Part shown: in pieces, positions 22,876-36,154 of the stretch
How the letters are laid out: each line of letters opens with the position of its first letter
How positions within the stretch are numbered: position 1 is the stretch's first letter
NCBI GenBank assembly: GCA_043228905.1
Contig: JBHGNT010000018.1
Location: 16,740,001 to 16,804,000 of the forward strand
Direction of reading: 5' to 3'
Length of the DNA: 64,000 nucleotides
Source: Azolla caroliniana
Taxonomy: Eukaryota; Plantae; Polypodiophyta
Notes under the pieces: model-generated
Database searches by the model: none
What the model was told of the DNA's origin: nothing
The model's input: only the letters and a program-made list of their open reading frames with translations
Translations under genes and position numbers: made by a program

Positions 22876-24867
22876 AAGGGCGGCAAAGGAGTCGAAAGAT
22901 GAGGGGATCGGAGCTAGCAGAGGCAATGACGGTGGCCGTCGACCGATTGGTAAGCGCTCGTGAGGGGATGGGTACCCTCGACAGAGCCATTGAATCGATC
23001 GTCGACTCTATAGGCCGGTTCGGAGGGAAAGACGCCACAAGTTATTTGGAGGCTTACCAGGCCGAAATGATCATGAGGGATATCCCGGTGGACTGGTGGC
23101 TGTCCAGATTCCCTCGGGTGGTGACGCCGAGCATCCACGCGGAAGTGCTCGAGGTGCTGGCCGGATGCCAGACTTGGGAGGAATTCGAGCTGCAGCTCCT
23201 CGAGAAGTACGGGTTTGACGACTCGCTTTGGTTGTCGAGGCGGGACTTCATGGCATGGGTGGAAAGCCCCGGAAAGGCGAGGAACACGTCGGCGCTCCTC
23301 TAGGAGTTCGAAAAACGGTTTGCGTAGCTGTCGACGCTGAACCGGACCATGCTCGAAATGAGTCGAGTACTACTGTTTGTCAAGTCGGAGGACGCGCTCG
23401 ACAGGGAAAAGGTGGGTCCCCTATTGGAAACGGATGAAGGGCTCATGGCAGACTGGGCTGTGGTAAAACGGGTCTGCAGCCGTTTCGACAAACGGCGTGA
23501 TTGGAGCGACAGAAGCTCATCGGGGTCAGGGCCGGTCCTGGGGAGGAGGCCCGAGGAGCCGGTATTGGTGCCGGCCGGAATGAAGGAAGAGACCAGAATC
23601 TGGCCAGAGTCGGGGTCGGTATCGAACGACGTGGTCAGAGGCCCATTCGGAGGGGCGGCTCTGAAGGAGTTGACACAGATGGTGCGCGACCTGCAGATCG
23701 CACAGGCCCGGAGAGACAACGGTGAACAACCTCGCGATCGGAGGCCGTCGGCTGGGCAGCGGTGCATGTGGTGTGACGCGATCGGTCACATTCGGAAGGA
23801 TTGCGTGGATTTCGCCGATGCACTCAGGACCAACGTGGTGTACCTCTGGAATGGGCGGGTGCACTCGAGCGAGACCTGGAGAGCCCTAGAACTGAATACG
23901 GGGTGCGGCGGAATGAAGAGGTTGATGGAAGAGGCCACGACATGGCACATTGAAGCCGTTAACTACTCAGTGTCGGCGCGAATTCGGGTCGGGGGTGATG
24001 AGACCCAGAAGGCGAAGGATTCCGGATTCTGGCCGCTAGTGCTAAAAGGCCTCTCCGGAGTTCGGCTGAAGAAGGAAGAGGCGGACCGTGCGGAACAACG
24101 GGTCCAGGAGGTCACCGGTTGGGATGATCCGGTCAAAGAGAAAACGGGCTTCGTAGAAGCCGCTTGCCAGAACTACGAGGTTCTGGTGGAGGACAAACGG
24201 GCAAGAAAGGCTGGAGGGGTCGGTCCCCCGCAGAGGTATGAGACCCGGTTCGGACCGAAACCGACCAGTGCCGGCAACCCAGGCGCGCCGGACGGAAAGA
24301 AGCAGGTGGGGTTTCGGTTGAGCACCGAAATCGAAAGGACCACAAACCTGTGAAAGGTCCTGGAGGAACGTATCCTCGACAGTAAAGTGGAGCTGTCATT
24401 GCGAGAGGTGCTGGGAATTGCCAAGAGGGAGTTCCACGACTCTATCGTAGACTTGGTGAAGCGGAAGCGGAAGCGAACTGTTCCAGTTGGTTCGATGGGA
24501 ATGTACGAAGTCATCGCGAACTTCGGGGAAAAGATCGGGTCGGATCAGACGGCCCGTGTGGGTACAAAGTACAAAAATGTGGACCAGAAGGTGAGGCCAG
24601 TCGCGGCACCCTTGCCGGAGGGCAGCGAGGAGCGGATAAAAGGGGTAGCGTCGGACCTGAGTTTACGGAATCCGGTTGGCATAGGGTACCGGTTCACCGA
24701 CATAACGCTACGGGAGCTCAAGGTTGGTGGGGGTGGCTTCCTACTGTCGGCGGAGGAGGACAAGTTTCGGAGAATGCTCGGAAGGCATGGGAAAGCCTTC
24801 ACGTTCTCGCCGAAGGAGATCGGGTGCGTGGACCTGACGATCGTCGAACCGATGGTGATCTTCAGGG

Positions 24868-25752
24868 TGTCATGCCTTTCGGCTCCGGATGGTTGCGTGA
24901 ATCGGGTGGGAACCACTAGGGTTTTGGACTAGGAGGAAAGAAAATTCTAAGGCAATTAAGAATGTGAAATATATTGTAAGAAAGAAAGATATGAAAAACT
25001 CGTGAATCCCACGAGTATAGTGTATTAGTGAGTACTCAAATTAAGAGAGAAAAATAGTTAGCAAATTCGTGAATCCCACGATTATATTATATTCAGCAAC
25101 CCTTGAAAACTAATCAACAAACTCTATACATCTTTCTCTCTTCCTTATATAGTGTTGGAAGAGTCTAAGTTTATCATCATGCTTTTTCTATCTTTAGTTT
25201 TCATGCACACTGCATGTGCATGATTAGCTTTCTATCTCATCTTTTCTTTTAACTCGAGTGTCTATGCATGAATAACTTTTTGTACCATGCATGTCTAGAA
25301 ATTTTACATGGGATAAAGTTTAGTATAACTTTAAAATTCATAATACGCTAGTATAATGATAAGGCTTAACATTATTAACATGGAGGTGCAAGGTTCGAAT
25401 CTTGCCCTATGCATGTAATATATATATATTTATACTTTCTTCTATTTACAAATATGTCTCTTCATCCGGTGAGATACTCTCACCGGCCTTCTTCATCCGG
25501 CTCTTTCCGGTTCTGCTTCATCCGGTGCTTGCTAGTTTTCTTTGTCCGGTTCTAACCGGGACCTCCTTACCGATCTCTTCGTCCATTTCTCACCGACTCT
25601 CACCGGCCTTCTTCATCCGGCTCTTGCTGGGTCTCCTTACCGGTTTCGGTCCTTACCGGTTCCTTCTTCCGGTTCTCACTGGGTACTCCATGCCCTATCC
25701 GGAGAGACCAAAAATGTAATTTTTCACGTAGTGTGCGAATTACACTACGACA
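24868..25752 (-). mobile_element. Solo LTR related to the Gypsy-C LTR, inserted antisense in Gypsy-B pol
   Basis: TGTCA...CGACA termini. Reverse complement matches both ends of 46201-46942. Flanks AGGG/ATGG, and the host frame MVIF(T)|VPHVPW resumes. Confidence 0.9.
25349..25412 (+). promoter_or_regulatory. tRNA-like Pol III A-box/B-box module inside the solo LTR
   Basis: TAGTATAATGAT at 25349 and GGTTCGAATC at 25392, within hairpin GCAAG-GTTCGAAT-CTTGC and at tRNA-like spacing. Homologue at 46299-46362 (minus strand). Confidence 0.6.
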
Positions 25753-28623
25753 ATGGTACCGCATGTACCGTGGAATCTCAAACCGATTCCGGTGCCGAGG
25801 GCTCACATCCCGAAGTTGATGGAGCTTCTGAAGCAAAAGGTGGAGATGGGCATCCTCGAACCGTTGAGTGCCCCGTATTCGAACCGGTGGTTTACGGTGC
25901 CAAAGAAGAACGGCACGCTGCGCCTCATTCAGGACTTGCAACCAGTCAACAAGGTGACCATCCGTAACGCAGGAATCAGACCGACCATAGACGAGTTCGC
26001 GGAGGCCTTCGCTGGAAGGTCGATCTATTCGGTCGGTGACTTATACTCGGGGTACGATCAGTTGTAGCTAGCAGTCGAGAGCAGGGATATCACGACGATG
26101 CAAACCCCTCTCGGCCTAGTACAGATGTGTACCCTACCACAAGGCGGGACGAATTCAGTGGCGCATATGGTGAACGCAATGAACAAGGTGCTGAGGGACT
26201 ACATCCCGGACATCACCATGCCATTCTTAGACGACATCCCGATCAGGGGATGCCCGGTGGAGGAAAAGGACGAGGTAATCAGACTGGACGGATGTCGGAA
26301 TTTCGTGGCGACTCACATCGATGACTGCGAGAAGGTGCTACAGAGACTAGAAGGCGCGAGGCTCACCTTCTCCGGGGAAAAATCGGCCTTCGGGCAATCA
26401 GAAATCATGGTCGTCGGACACCTGTGCGGACCATACGGTCGGAAACCGTCTCCGGCCAAGGTGGAAGCCATCTCCGCGATGAAGCATGACTGCAATTTGG
26501 TCACGGAGGTCCACAAATTCTTGGGAGCATGCGCGTTCTACCACATCTGGATCCTGCACTACGCACATGTCGCGGAACCCCTCTACGGACTATTGAAAAA
26601 GGGGCGTAGCTTTGAGTGGAGGACGGAGCACACAGAGTCGGTACAGAGACTAAAGGAGGAGCTTACGGTAGTGCTGGCTCTCTGTAAAGCGGTTTACGGC
26701 AAGGATGTCCCCATTTGCGTGACGGTGGACACCAGCCTGATCGGGATCGGGTGGGTAATCAGTTATGAGGACAAGGACGACGTTTCATTCCCGATCCGGT
26801 TCGGGGCGAAGGTATTGAGCAAGCGGCAGCAAGGATATGCCCAAGTTAAGCGCGAGCTTTGGGGTATCGTTTCGGTAGTCAAGGCCGACAAGGACTATCT
26901 GATCGGGATGGAGGTGATCATTGAGACGGACTGCCTGCCGATACTCGGCATGGTTTCCGGATGCGCAACACCGGACCTAGCAATGCTCCGGTGGATAGCG
27001 TACATTAAGTCCCTGAACCCGGAGATACGACACATCTCCGGAAAGGACAACGCCATGGCCGACATGCTTTCGAGGGCAAGGTTCAACGACGAAGAAGACA
27101 TGGTTTTGGATGATGAAGAAGTCGGCGAGGACTTCTTCGGGTCGGCTAACGTAACGACGAAGAAAAGGGACACTCCGACGCTTAACGAATTTGACGAAAG
27201 CAGGTACGACGGGGAGTGGCTCCAAATCGGGAGGTTCCTACGGACGATGACGTCGGACGCAGCATGGGCGAGAGAGGAGGCGAGCCCGGTACGGAAGAAG
27301 TCGTACCGATTCTTCCTGTGGGACGGGTGCATATGAAGGCACCCAAAGAAGAGAAGCGGCATCCCACTCCGAGTAGTGGCAAAGAGAGAAGAACAAGGGA
27401 AACTACTGGCGGCATTTCACGAGAGCCCCTGGACCGGACACCGCGGAACGTGGGCTACGTTCGAGAAGCTGAAGGAGAAGTACTGGTGGTCGGGGCTGTA
27501 CCAGGACGTGCATCGGTTTGTAACGACTTGCAAGAGCTGTCAAATGTACTCCACAGTTCGACACCGGGACGAGCTACACCCGACCTACCCACCTACGGTC
27601 CATTTCAAGTGGATGGTGGGCTTGGTGACGATGCTGATGGGGGTAGGACAGATGCGATACCTGGTGCTTGCACGGGAAGACCTAACGAACTAGGTGGAAG
27701 GCCATGCACTGTAGAACAAGACAACCGTGGCGGTATGCCGGTTCCTGATCGAAGAGGTAGTGTGTCGGTACGGGTGCATCGGGAAGATCGTGGCGGACTG
27801 GGGAGAGCTGGATGCGCAAGAAGCTGAGGAGCTGTTCGACCGGCTAGGCGTCAAACTCTCCCTCACTATGGCGTACAATCCGGAGGCGAACGGGAAGGTC
27901 GAACGTGGGCACGGGCCGGTCGTAAAAGCGTTGGTGCGTGCATGTGGAGGGCAAGTCGGGAATTGGCCGCGGCTCCTTCCTTACGCACTATGGGCGGGCT
28001 GAACTACGCACAGTTTGGTGACAGGGTTTATGCCGGCACAACTGATGTACGGACAGAAGCCGATCATGTCGGTGGAACAAACGGTTTCTGCATGGGCGGC
28101 GGTAGATTGGAAGGACGAGATGAGCCGGGAGGAGTTGCTGGCGGCGCGGATTCGGCAACTCGAGCAGAGGCCGGAGGACGTGGAACGGGCGAAGGAAAAG
28201 CTGCGAGCGGCAAGGGAGCGGAACAAGACCCGGTTCAACCAGACGCACCGGTTGCGACAAAAGAATATCGAGGAAGGCGATTGGGTCTTGGTATACGACA
28301 GTAGCCTCGACAATCAGCACAAGGCGGTGCGAAAGTTTGCCAGGAGGTGGTTCGGGCCCTACACGGTGACGAGCGCGAACGACAACGGCACGTACCACCT
28401 CGCGGAACTCGATGAGGCACGGTTAGCGGCGCCGGAGGCCGGGAAGCGGATCAAAGCGTTCAAGAAGTGGGCCGAAGACGAGCCGGAGCCTGCGAGCGGG
28501 AGCTACAACGACGATCAGTTCGGGCCCGACAGAGAATCAGAGAGCGAAGAGTGATGCCGGTTTTCTTCCGTAACTACCCGTCTCTGGCGCATGCCGGTGG
28601 ATGCGCGGTTTGGTGGGGGTGGA

Positions 28624-28919
28624 TGTCGTGAAGAAAACCGGCCATAGGCGGAATCAGAGAAAAAGGCGCATGAACCGGCTCTTACACGGATGGACGCGTG
28701 AATTGATATTTTGATATTTTGTACACAATTCATAAATGGATCGGTTGATGTAAACAGTAAGTAGTACACATTTATTAGGGGATTGTGCGTATCTCTGTCA
28801 GAAGGGACAGGGAATAAAGCGATTTGACTAGGGATGGGAACTATAAAAAGGAAAAGAGAGAGGGGAGAGAAGGGATCGCGCGTTGGCGAGGACGAAGGGC
28901 TGCTGTAGAATAGAGTGCC

Positions 28920-28956
<37 letters not shown>

Positions 28957-29309
28957 GAATCGTCGTTCTCTGCGGGTGTCGGGAGTTCGCTGCCTCTGCT
29001 TCGTGGACAGCCCGTGTGCTTCCAGCAGAGGCTCTACCTTCTATGTTTTCGGGGTCCAGTGTGTTCTGTCTGTGTGCGTGAGTAGGGTCCCCGTGTCGGG
29101 TTCATCGCCAGCCGGCCGGTTGTAACCGTCAGAGTTTGTAATCTCTTGATATTGTAATCGACTGTTATTGTAATTAAGGGTTCCGTTCGTTCTCCTCCTT
29201 CTCACTTCCGCGTATTCGCAAATCTCTCTCTCTCTCTCTCTCTCGCTCCTCGGTTCAAGGCCCCCGTGGTCCCGCCTCTTTCTCCACGCACACGCGTAAC
29301 AACGCGACA
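28624..29309 (+). repeat. 3' LTR of Gypsy-B
   Basis: Follows the G-rich PPT; direct repeat of the 5' LTR. Confidence 0.95.
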
Positions 29310-31236
29310 ACGGCGAGTCGTGTGTTGTACTGCCTTGCATTATGTTCCATGATCACATGGTCGGCTACATCCGAGAGGCCAAAACGCCGAAGGGGGTGTG
29401 GGGGAACCTCAAGAAGATTTTCGTGGCTAACATGACCGCAAGAAAGCTTCAACTCCATCAAGAGTTGAACGGTATACAACAGAGGGACATGTCAATCGGC
29501 AACTACACCTTGAAGATCAAGGACCAGTGCGATGCCCTCGGGTCAATCAATGTTAGCATTGACGACGATGAAATGGTGTAGATTTTCCTCAAAGGCTTAG
29601 CACATCAGTTTGGGGCCATTCGGTCGGCTTTCCTCGCGAGGGAGAATCTTCCCTCCTTCTTCGATCTCCAGGCGATGTTGCTGGTTGAGGAGAATCATGT
29701 TCGAAGAAGAAGCAATGTGCAAGGACAAATGCTTTATTCGAACTTCGATGGAGGAAGAGGAAAAGGTCGGGGAAGAAGAGGCCGATTCGGCCAAGGTCGT
29801 CACAACCAAGAGCAACCCCGAGAACATAATTTCTATTACTGACAAGACGTTTCGAACACGCATGGTAGAGCATCCGGAAGAAAGGGGAGCAATTAGGCTG
29901 GACCCAACCGACAAAACAATCCCTCTCAGTGCGGATACTGTGGTAAATTCGGCCACTATCAGGAAGAGTGTTGGAGAAAGAAGAGTGAGTCGGCCTCCAC
30001 AAGCCGACAACTCACAAACTACGCCTCCAACTCCGACTACAACAATCGTGGCGGAATGTTTGTGATGAGGCATAGAGCGAACTCGATGACAACCTCCAAT
30101 CCGACCAACACCTCCAAACCAGAAGATGTATGGTTCGTCGACTCGGGTGCATCCAACCACATGATATCCCACAAGGAATGGTTCAAGGAGCTATGGAAGC
30201 CTGAACGACCTGGCTATGTGGAAACTGGGGATGACACAATTCACCCCATTCAACATATCGACAATGTCTCATTTGGGGAAGAAGGCAATCAAACCTACAT
30301 CAAGAACATTCTGCATGTTCCTACAATAACAAAGAACCTGGTCTTAGTTGGTCAGATAGTCAAACAAGGCATGCAAGTCCGCTTCAACGATGGAAGATGC
30401 TTCATTGAAAAAGAAGGCTGACGCATCGCTAGGGTTAGAGAGAAGGTCGGATGTTTATCCTCGACTCTCACGAGATGAACTCAACAATGTATGCCAAGGG
30501 CCAGAGAGCCAACGCCGACATAGAGCTGTGGCACAACCGAATTGGTCACATTAACCTCCACAAGCTCAGAGGAATCGTCTTCGAACTTCCGACTTTCACC
30601 GAAAAGGAAATTTCAGGCGTGTGCGAAGCGTGTCAATTCGGTAAACAACACCGACAACCGTTCCCAAAGGAGAGGAACACACGCAAAGGGATCCTGGATG
30701 TAATACATTAAGATGTATGGGGACCAACCCAAATGGAAACATTTGGTGGTTGTCGGTACTACATATTGTTCAATGACGACTTCTCTAGAAATACATGGAT
30801 CTACCCTATGCTGCAGAAGAGTGAAGTGTTCAAACACTTCCAAAGGTTCAAAAACGAAGTCAGAAAGGTAACCGGTCAGCATGTTCGATGCCTTCGATCG
30901 GATGGCGGCAAGGAGTATTTCTCCGATGCCTTTACAACATACCTTCGACAAGAAGGAATTCGATGGGAGTTTACTTGCTGACACACACCTCAGTAGAACA
31001 GAGTAGCCGAATGCAAAAATTGGCACATACTCGAGGTGGCAAGGGCAATGATGAACGAGAAACATCTGCCAAAGTCATATTGGGCTGAAGCGGCGAATAC
31101 AACCGTTTATCTGATGAATCGCTGCACAACATCAGGAGTGCATGATGTTACCCCCTGTGAAAAATTCTATGGGAAGAAACCAAATCTATCTCATGTCAAG
31201 ATATTTGGTTCAATTGCATATGTACATATTCCTGAT

Positions 31237-31561
31237 GAGGGTGCATGATGGCATTAAATTTTTTTTCTCTTTTTGACCTCATGCGAATCTAGAACACAGA
31301 CCTTCCCATTTTAGTAGAGCATAACTATGTATGTCAGGGCACATCTTAAGCCAATAGAATTGAGTGGAAATGAGAACGAGTGTGTGATGTATTTTTGGTG
31401 CCCTATTGAGGGTGCATCATGGCATTAAAAACGATTTCTCTTTTTGACCTCAGGAAAATATGGAATATAGACCTTTCCATTACAGTAGAGCATAACTATG
31501 TATGTCAGGACACATCTTAGGCCGATAGAATTGAGTGGAGATGAGAACGAGTGTGCGACGT
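31237..31561. repeat. About 1.9 copies of a 171-bp tandem unit derived from the chromovirus integrase Zn-binding region
   Basis: GAGGGTGCAT at 31237/31408 and GAGAACGAG at 31372/31543. The unit aligns to Gypsy-D at about 55397-55566. Confidence 0.8.
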
Positions 31562-34527
31562 TGTTGAGAATCGAATCTCCAACTCTATGAGAAAGACTAA
31601 CTCGGAAATACACAATACACACGGAAACAACAAATGCAGAGTGCATGGTGATTTACGTGGAAACCCTAAACGGGGAAAACCATGGGAACAGAGATTCCAC
31701 TATACAGAGAGAATACATGATGAGATCAGGATACAACACTCTCCACTCAGAGTGTGTCAGCCACACAGGGCTCTTGGTGTCAAACCTCACTCAGCTATGG
31801 CGTCGATCTCTCTATGTCTCACTCACTCTCTCTTACCTCTCGGGTGCTAGCACCAACAGAGGATCACACACACGCAACAGAGACGTGCACACATCTATTT
31901 GCCCTAGGTGTATTTATTCTAATACACAGAATCAGTCGCCTCCTTGATTGTCGGCTCCCATCCGACCAATCGGCTGTTCGCTGACTTCGATTGTTGGCTC
32001 TCTCCAAGCAGTCAGCTCCTCCCACTAGAGGGACATATTCCTAACAAAACTCCCCCTTCACTCTAGTGGAGAGGGGTCCGTTATTCCAGTCCTATGTCGA
32101 CAGACTCTAAGTCTGTCCATCAGTAGGTTCTTTGTTAGCATGTCGGATCCATTGTCGTCAATATGGAATTTTATGAGTGTAAACTCTCCTTCCTCCACTT
32201 TCTCCCATAACCAATGATATCTCCTCTGTATATATTTGGCTCGAGAGTGGTACACAACATTCTTGGCTAGATGTATGGCACTCTGGCTATCACAATGAAG
32301 AAAGAACTCCCTTTGCTTCATCCCCAACTCGCCGAGAAAATTTCTCATCCAAATTAGCTCTTTTCTGGCCTCTACCATTGCCACGTACTCTGCCTCTGTG
32401 GTTGACAAGGACACTAACTTCTGCAGTCGTGACTGCCACGACACTGCTCCCCTGCATAGGTAATCACATACCCCGAAGTGGATCAACTTGAATCTACATC
32501 CCCCGACATGTTTGAGTCGATAAACCCTTCGAGCATGGGTTTGCCGACACCATACCTTAGGCATACCCCCGAGGTGCCTTTTAAGTACCTGAGTATCCAC
32601 TTCACCTTTGCCCAGTGTTCTCTTCCTAGATTACTCATGTATCGGCTTACTGTTCCCATAGTAAAAGCTATGTCTGGTCTCGTGCAGACCATAGCATACA
32701 TTAGACTTCCGACGGCTGAGGCATATGGTACTTTCCTCATCTCAACATTTTCTTTCTCCCCTATCGGGCATTGCTTTGCATAACTTGCAGTTAGTCAGCA
32801 ACACCGAGCCGATTGGCTTTGCTTTCGACATGTTGAACCTTTCTAGGATCTTTGTCACATACTTCTGTTGTGACAACCACATCACTTTCTTAGTTCTACC
32901 CCAACCATGTGTATCCCCAAGATCTGTTTAGTTGGTCCAAGGTCTTTCATAGCAAACGATTTGTCTAGAGCTTTCTTCAAGCTTCTGATCTTCCTTGTAT
33001 CTTGACCGACTATCAACATGTCATCTATACATAACAAGAGAATCAAGAAGTCACCTTCTTTGTACCTTTTGACGAACACACATTGATCCGCTTGTGTTTT
33101 CTGGAACCCATGTTCCACCATGAAGGATTCAAACTTCTTGTACTACTGACATGGAGCTTGTTTCAGACCATACAAGCTTTTGTTCCATCGACACACCAGG
33201 TTCTCTTTCCCTTTCTCCTCAAAGCCTTTGGTTTGTTGCATGAAGATCTTTTCACCCAGCTCCCAAGCCAAGAATGATTTCTTGACATCCAACTATTCGA
33301 TCTCTAGGTCCATCTGGCAGCTATGCTTAGAACAGTTCGGATGGATGTCATCTTCACGACTGGTGCGAATATCTCGTCGAAGTCGACACCCTTTTCATGT
33401 TGGAACCCCTTCACCACTATACGGGCTTTATACCTAGGTGCGTTGCCGACTTCTCTAGTCTTCACCTTATAGACCCATTTGCTCCTGAGTGCTTTCTTAC
33501 CTTTTGGTAATTCTACCAGGTCGTAGGTATAGTTTTCGTGCAAGGAGTCCATCTCATCTTTCATTGTGCTCAACCATTTCTCTCTATGCTCATCGACAAT
33601 GGCTTCATCATAGCACTCTGGTTCTCCTTCATCAGTCAAGAGGATATATTGATTGGCATATGTCGTCAGTGCTCTCCTTTCTTTGAATGGGTATCTCATT
33701 CCACTCGTTGTCGGCTCTAGTTCGGATGTTTTCTGCTGACTCTATTCTCGACTCGGTTTCATATGTGATGATCGGTCGTTGAGGATTCGCCGATTCCAAC
33801 TCGTAGTCCTCGATCGACTTCCACAGGTCTGACGACTCCGACTCATCTATATTTGTTGGTTGCTTTGAGTCCATCAACTTGGATTCGGTTGTGCTTACTG
33901 GCTGTCTCCGAACAACCGATTGTGTCAGTTCACTTGGCCTTAAGTCAATGGTCATGGGAGTCGATTGGGGAGTCAATTCCGACTTTTGTTGCTTCCAGTT
34001 CTGAATCATCTTGTCTTCCAACAAGACTATGTCTCGACTTCTCACTACTTTCTTATCGACTTAATCCCATAACCTGTAGCCGAAGTCATCTTCCGAGTAT
34101 CCCATAAATATGCATGGTTTCGACTTACTGTCGAGCTTTGACCTCTGATCCTTAGCCACATGCATATACCCTAAGCATTTGAACACCCTCAGGTGTTGGT
34201 AAGAGACATCCTTTCCTGTCCACACCCTTTGTGGGACATCACCTTTCAACGGTACTGACGGAGACTTGTTGACCAGATAAACAACTGTATACATCGCCTC
34301 AGCCCAATACGATTTCGACAGTTTAGCATTAGAGAGCATGCTCCTTACTCTCTCCATGATTGTTCGATTCATCCTCTCTGCAAGCCCATTCAACTCAAGG
34401 GTCTTTGGTACCGTGTATTTGATTTGAATACCTTGGGCCTTTTAGTATTCCTCAAACTGCCCTTTATATTCGCCACCATTGTCGGCTCGGATAGCCTTTA
34501 GCTACCGACCTGACTCCCGTTCGGCTC

Positions 34528-34633
34528 TTGCCTGGAACTCCTTGAAAAATGACAGTACTTGATCGTTAGACTTTAGTACGTTGCCTGGAACTCCTTGAAA
34601 AATGACAGTACTTGATCGTTAGACTTTAGTACG
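34528..34633. repeat. 53-bp perfect tandem duplication in Copia-B integrase
   Basis: TTGCCTGGAACTCC...TTTAGTACG twice (34528 and 34581). Confidence 0.95.
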
Positions 34634-35805
34634 AAAGCCCACAACTTCCGACTGTAGGGATTGATGAAAGTCACAAAGTACTGTCTGCCTCGGTGCGATG
34701 GAGCATCTACATAGCACACATCCGTGTGCACTAGTTCCAACTCAGCTTCTCTTCTCCTTGGTGGTTTTGTGTGGAATGCAGCTCTATTATGCTTACCAAC
34801 TAAGCAGTCGACACACTTTTCCAAGTGCACTCCCTTAACTTCTGGTAGAAGCTTCTAGTCGGCCAACAGATGCATTCCTTTCTCACTCATGGGGCCTAGT
34901 CTCTTGTGCCATAATCTCCGCTCGAGTCGGCTGCCACATTCACTTCCAACTTGCGCAATCGGGCATGCGTCATATATAGTGTGCTCTCTTTTTGTGCTCG
35001 TGCCACTATAAGGTTTCCACGACAAAACTTCCACTTGCTATTTCGGAAACCACCGTTCTAGCCTTCGTCATCCAACTTTCTAGTTGATATTAGCTTCAAT
35101 CTAATATCAGGGACATGTCGAACATCCTTCAGAGTCAGTCGACACCCTGTCGATGTCGTCAAACAGACACTTCTGACTCCGGCTATCTTGCGCTCCCCAT
35201 TGTCACCCATCTTTACATAACCATGATCACTGACTATGTAAGTCGAGAAATACTCTCTCAACGGAGTTATATGGAAAGATGCACCGGAGTCGATCACCCA
35301 AGTGCATTCTTCGCTTGCAAGATTTGCACTTGCTTGTTCACAAATGAACAGAAGTTCTTCATTGCTCGTAACAATGGCTAAAGTGTTCTTTTCTTCAAGA
35401 ATCTTCTTAGGTTCGACATTATTACCACAATAAAGATGTCGACAGTCCTTTTGGAAATGTCTAGGCTTTCCACAATAAAAGCATGTTAGCTTAGCTTTAG
35501 ACTTTGATCCGTCTTGGGATTTGTCCCTCCTTGGTGGAATCCTTTGCCGGTTCCTTCCTCTACCGGTATGTTGAGTCATATTTGACTTTGACTGGACCAA
35601 GACATTCTTGCCCTTCCTTCTAGTCTCCTCGTTCAAGATGCTTGTCTTTACCGCTTGTAGAGATAGGTTCTCTTCCTGACACAAGGTGCTGAGAGTCACC
35701 ACTAGATTCTCCTAGGTGTCCGGCAGGGCACACAACAACAGGATGGCCTGCATTGCATCCTCAAGGGGAAACTTGGTTGCAACAAGTTGATTTACGTACC
35801 CCATG

Positions 35806-36154
35806 CATAGTTGTTAGAAAATGCGTATTCTACACGTATTCTACGTTTTAGAACTGTCGTTTTCTTAAATTTGACGTATTCTAAAAATTTGACATATTCT
35901 ATGTATTCAATGTATTTAACAAGTATTTATCATTTCAAAAAATATTTTCATTTTTTTGAAAAAATAAACTTTAAATTAAGAAGTATTTAACGTATTTTAC
36001 AAGTATTCTACATGTATTCTATGTATGTAACGTATTTAACGTACTTTATCTATAAAATACGTATTCTAAGTATTTAAAAAAAAGTTAGAATACTTGTAGA
36101 ATACTTAGAATATGTATTGTACGCGTATTTTATGCTAAGTATTTTACAATAATG
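35806..36154. mobile_element. hAT-type MITE in Copia-B gag
   Basis: 8-bp TSD ACCCCATG (35798-35805, 36155-36162). Imperfect TIRs CATAGTTGTTAG/...TTACAATAATG. Many subterminal CGTATT motifs. Confidence 0.85.

Larger units (their letters stand above)
22144..29309 (+). mobile_element. Non-chromovirus Ty3/gypsy element (Gypsy-B) with both LTRs, protease region deleted
   Basis: LTRs 22144-22852 and 28624-29309 (TGTCG...CGACA). TSD GCGG/ACGG. gag with CMWCDAIGH knuckle, RT (PFLDD), RNase H and integrase (GPY), no chromodomain. PPT at about 28607-28623. Confidence 0.93.
16954..31236 (+). mobile_element. Ty1/copia element (Copia-A), 3'-truncated; hosts LINE-2 in its 5' LTR and Gypsy-B in gag
   Basis: 5' LTR TGTTGAG(16954)...TTACA(21825), then PBS TGGTATCAGAGC. 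gag NFASWEYKMHQYL resumes across Gypsy-B as EQAA|SRVLY. Zinc knuckle CGYCGKFGH, protease WFVDSGASNHM and integrase follow. Stops at HIPDE (about 31236); RT, RNase H and 3' LTR absent. Confidence 0.9.

Noticed and set aside
25340-25415. Functional tRNA gene
   Set aside because: No acceptor or anticodon stem pairing. Kept only as a tRNA-like promoter module.
22900-28560. Numerous antisense and alternate-frame ORFs in Gypsy-B
   Set aside because: These are expected shadows of GC-rich coding sequence, with no independent motifs.
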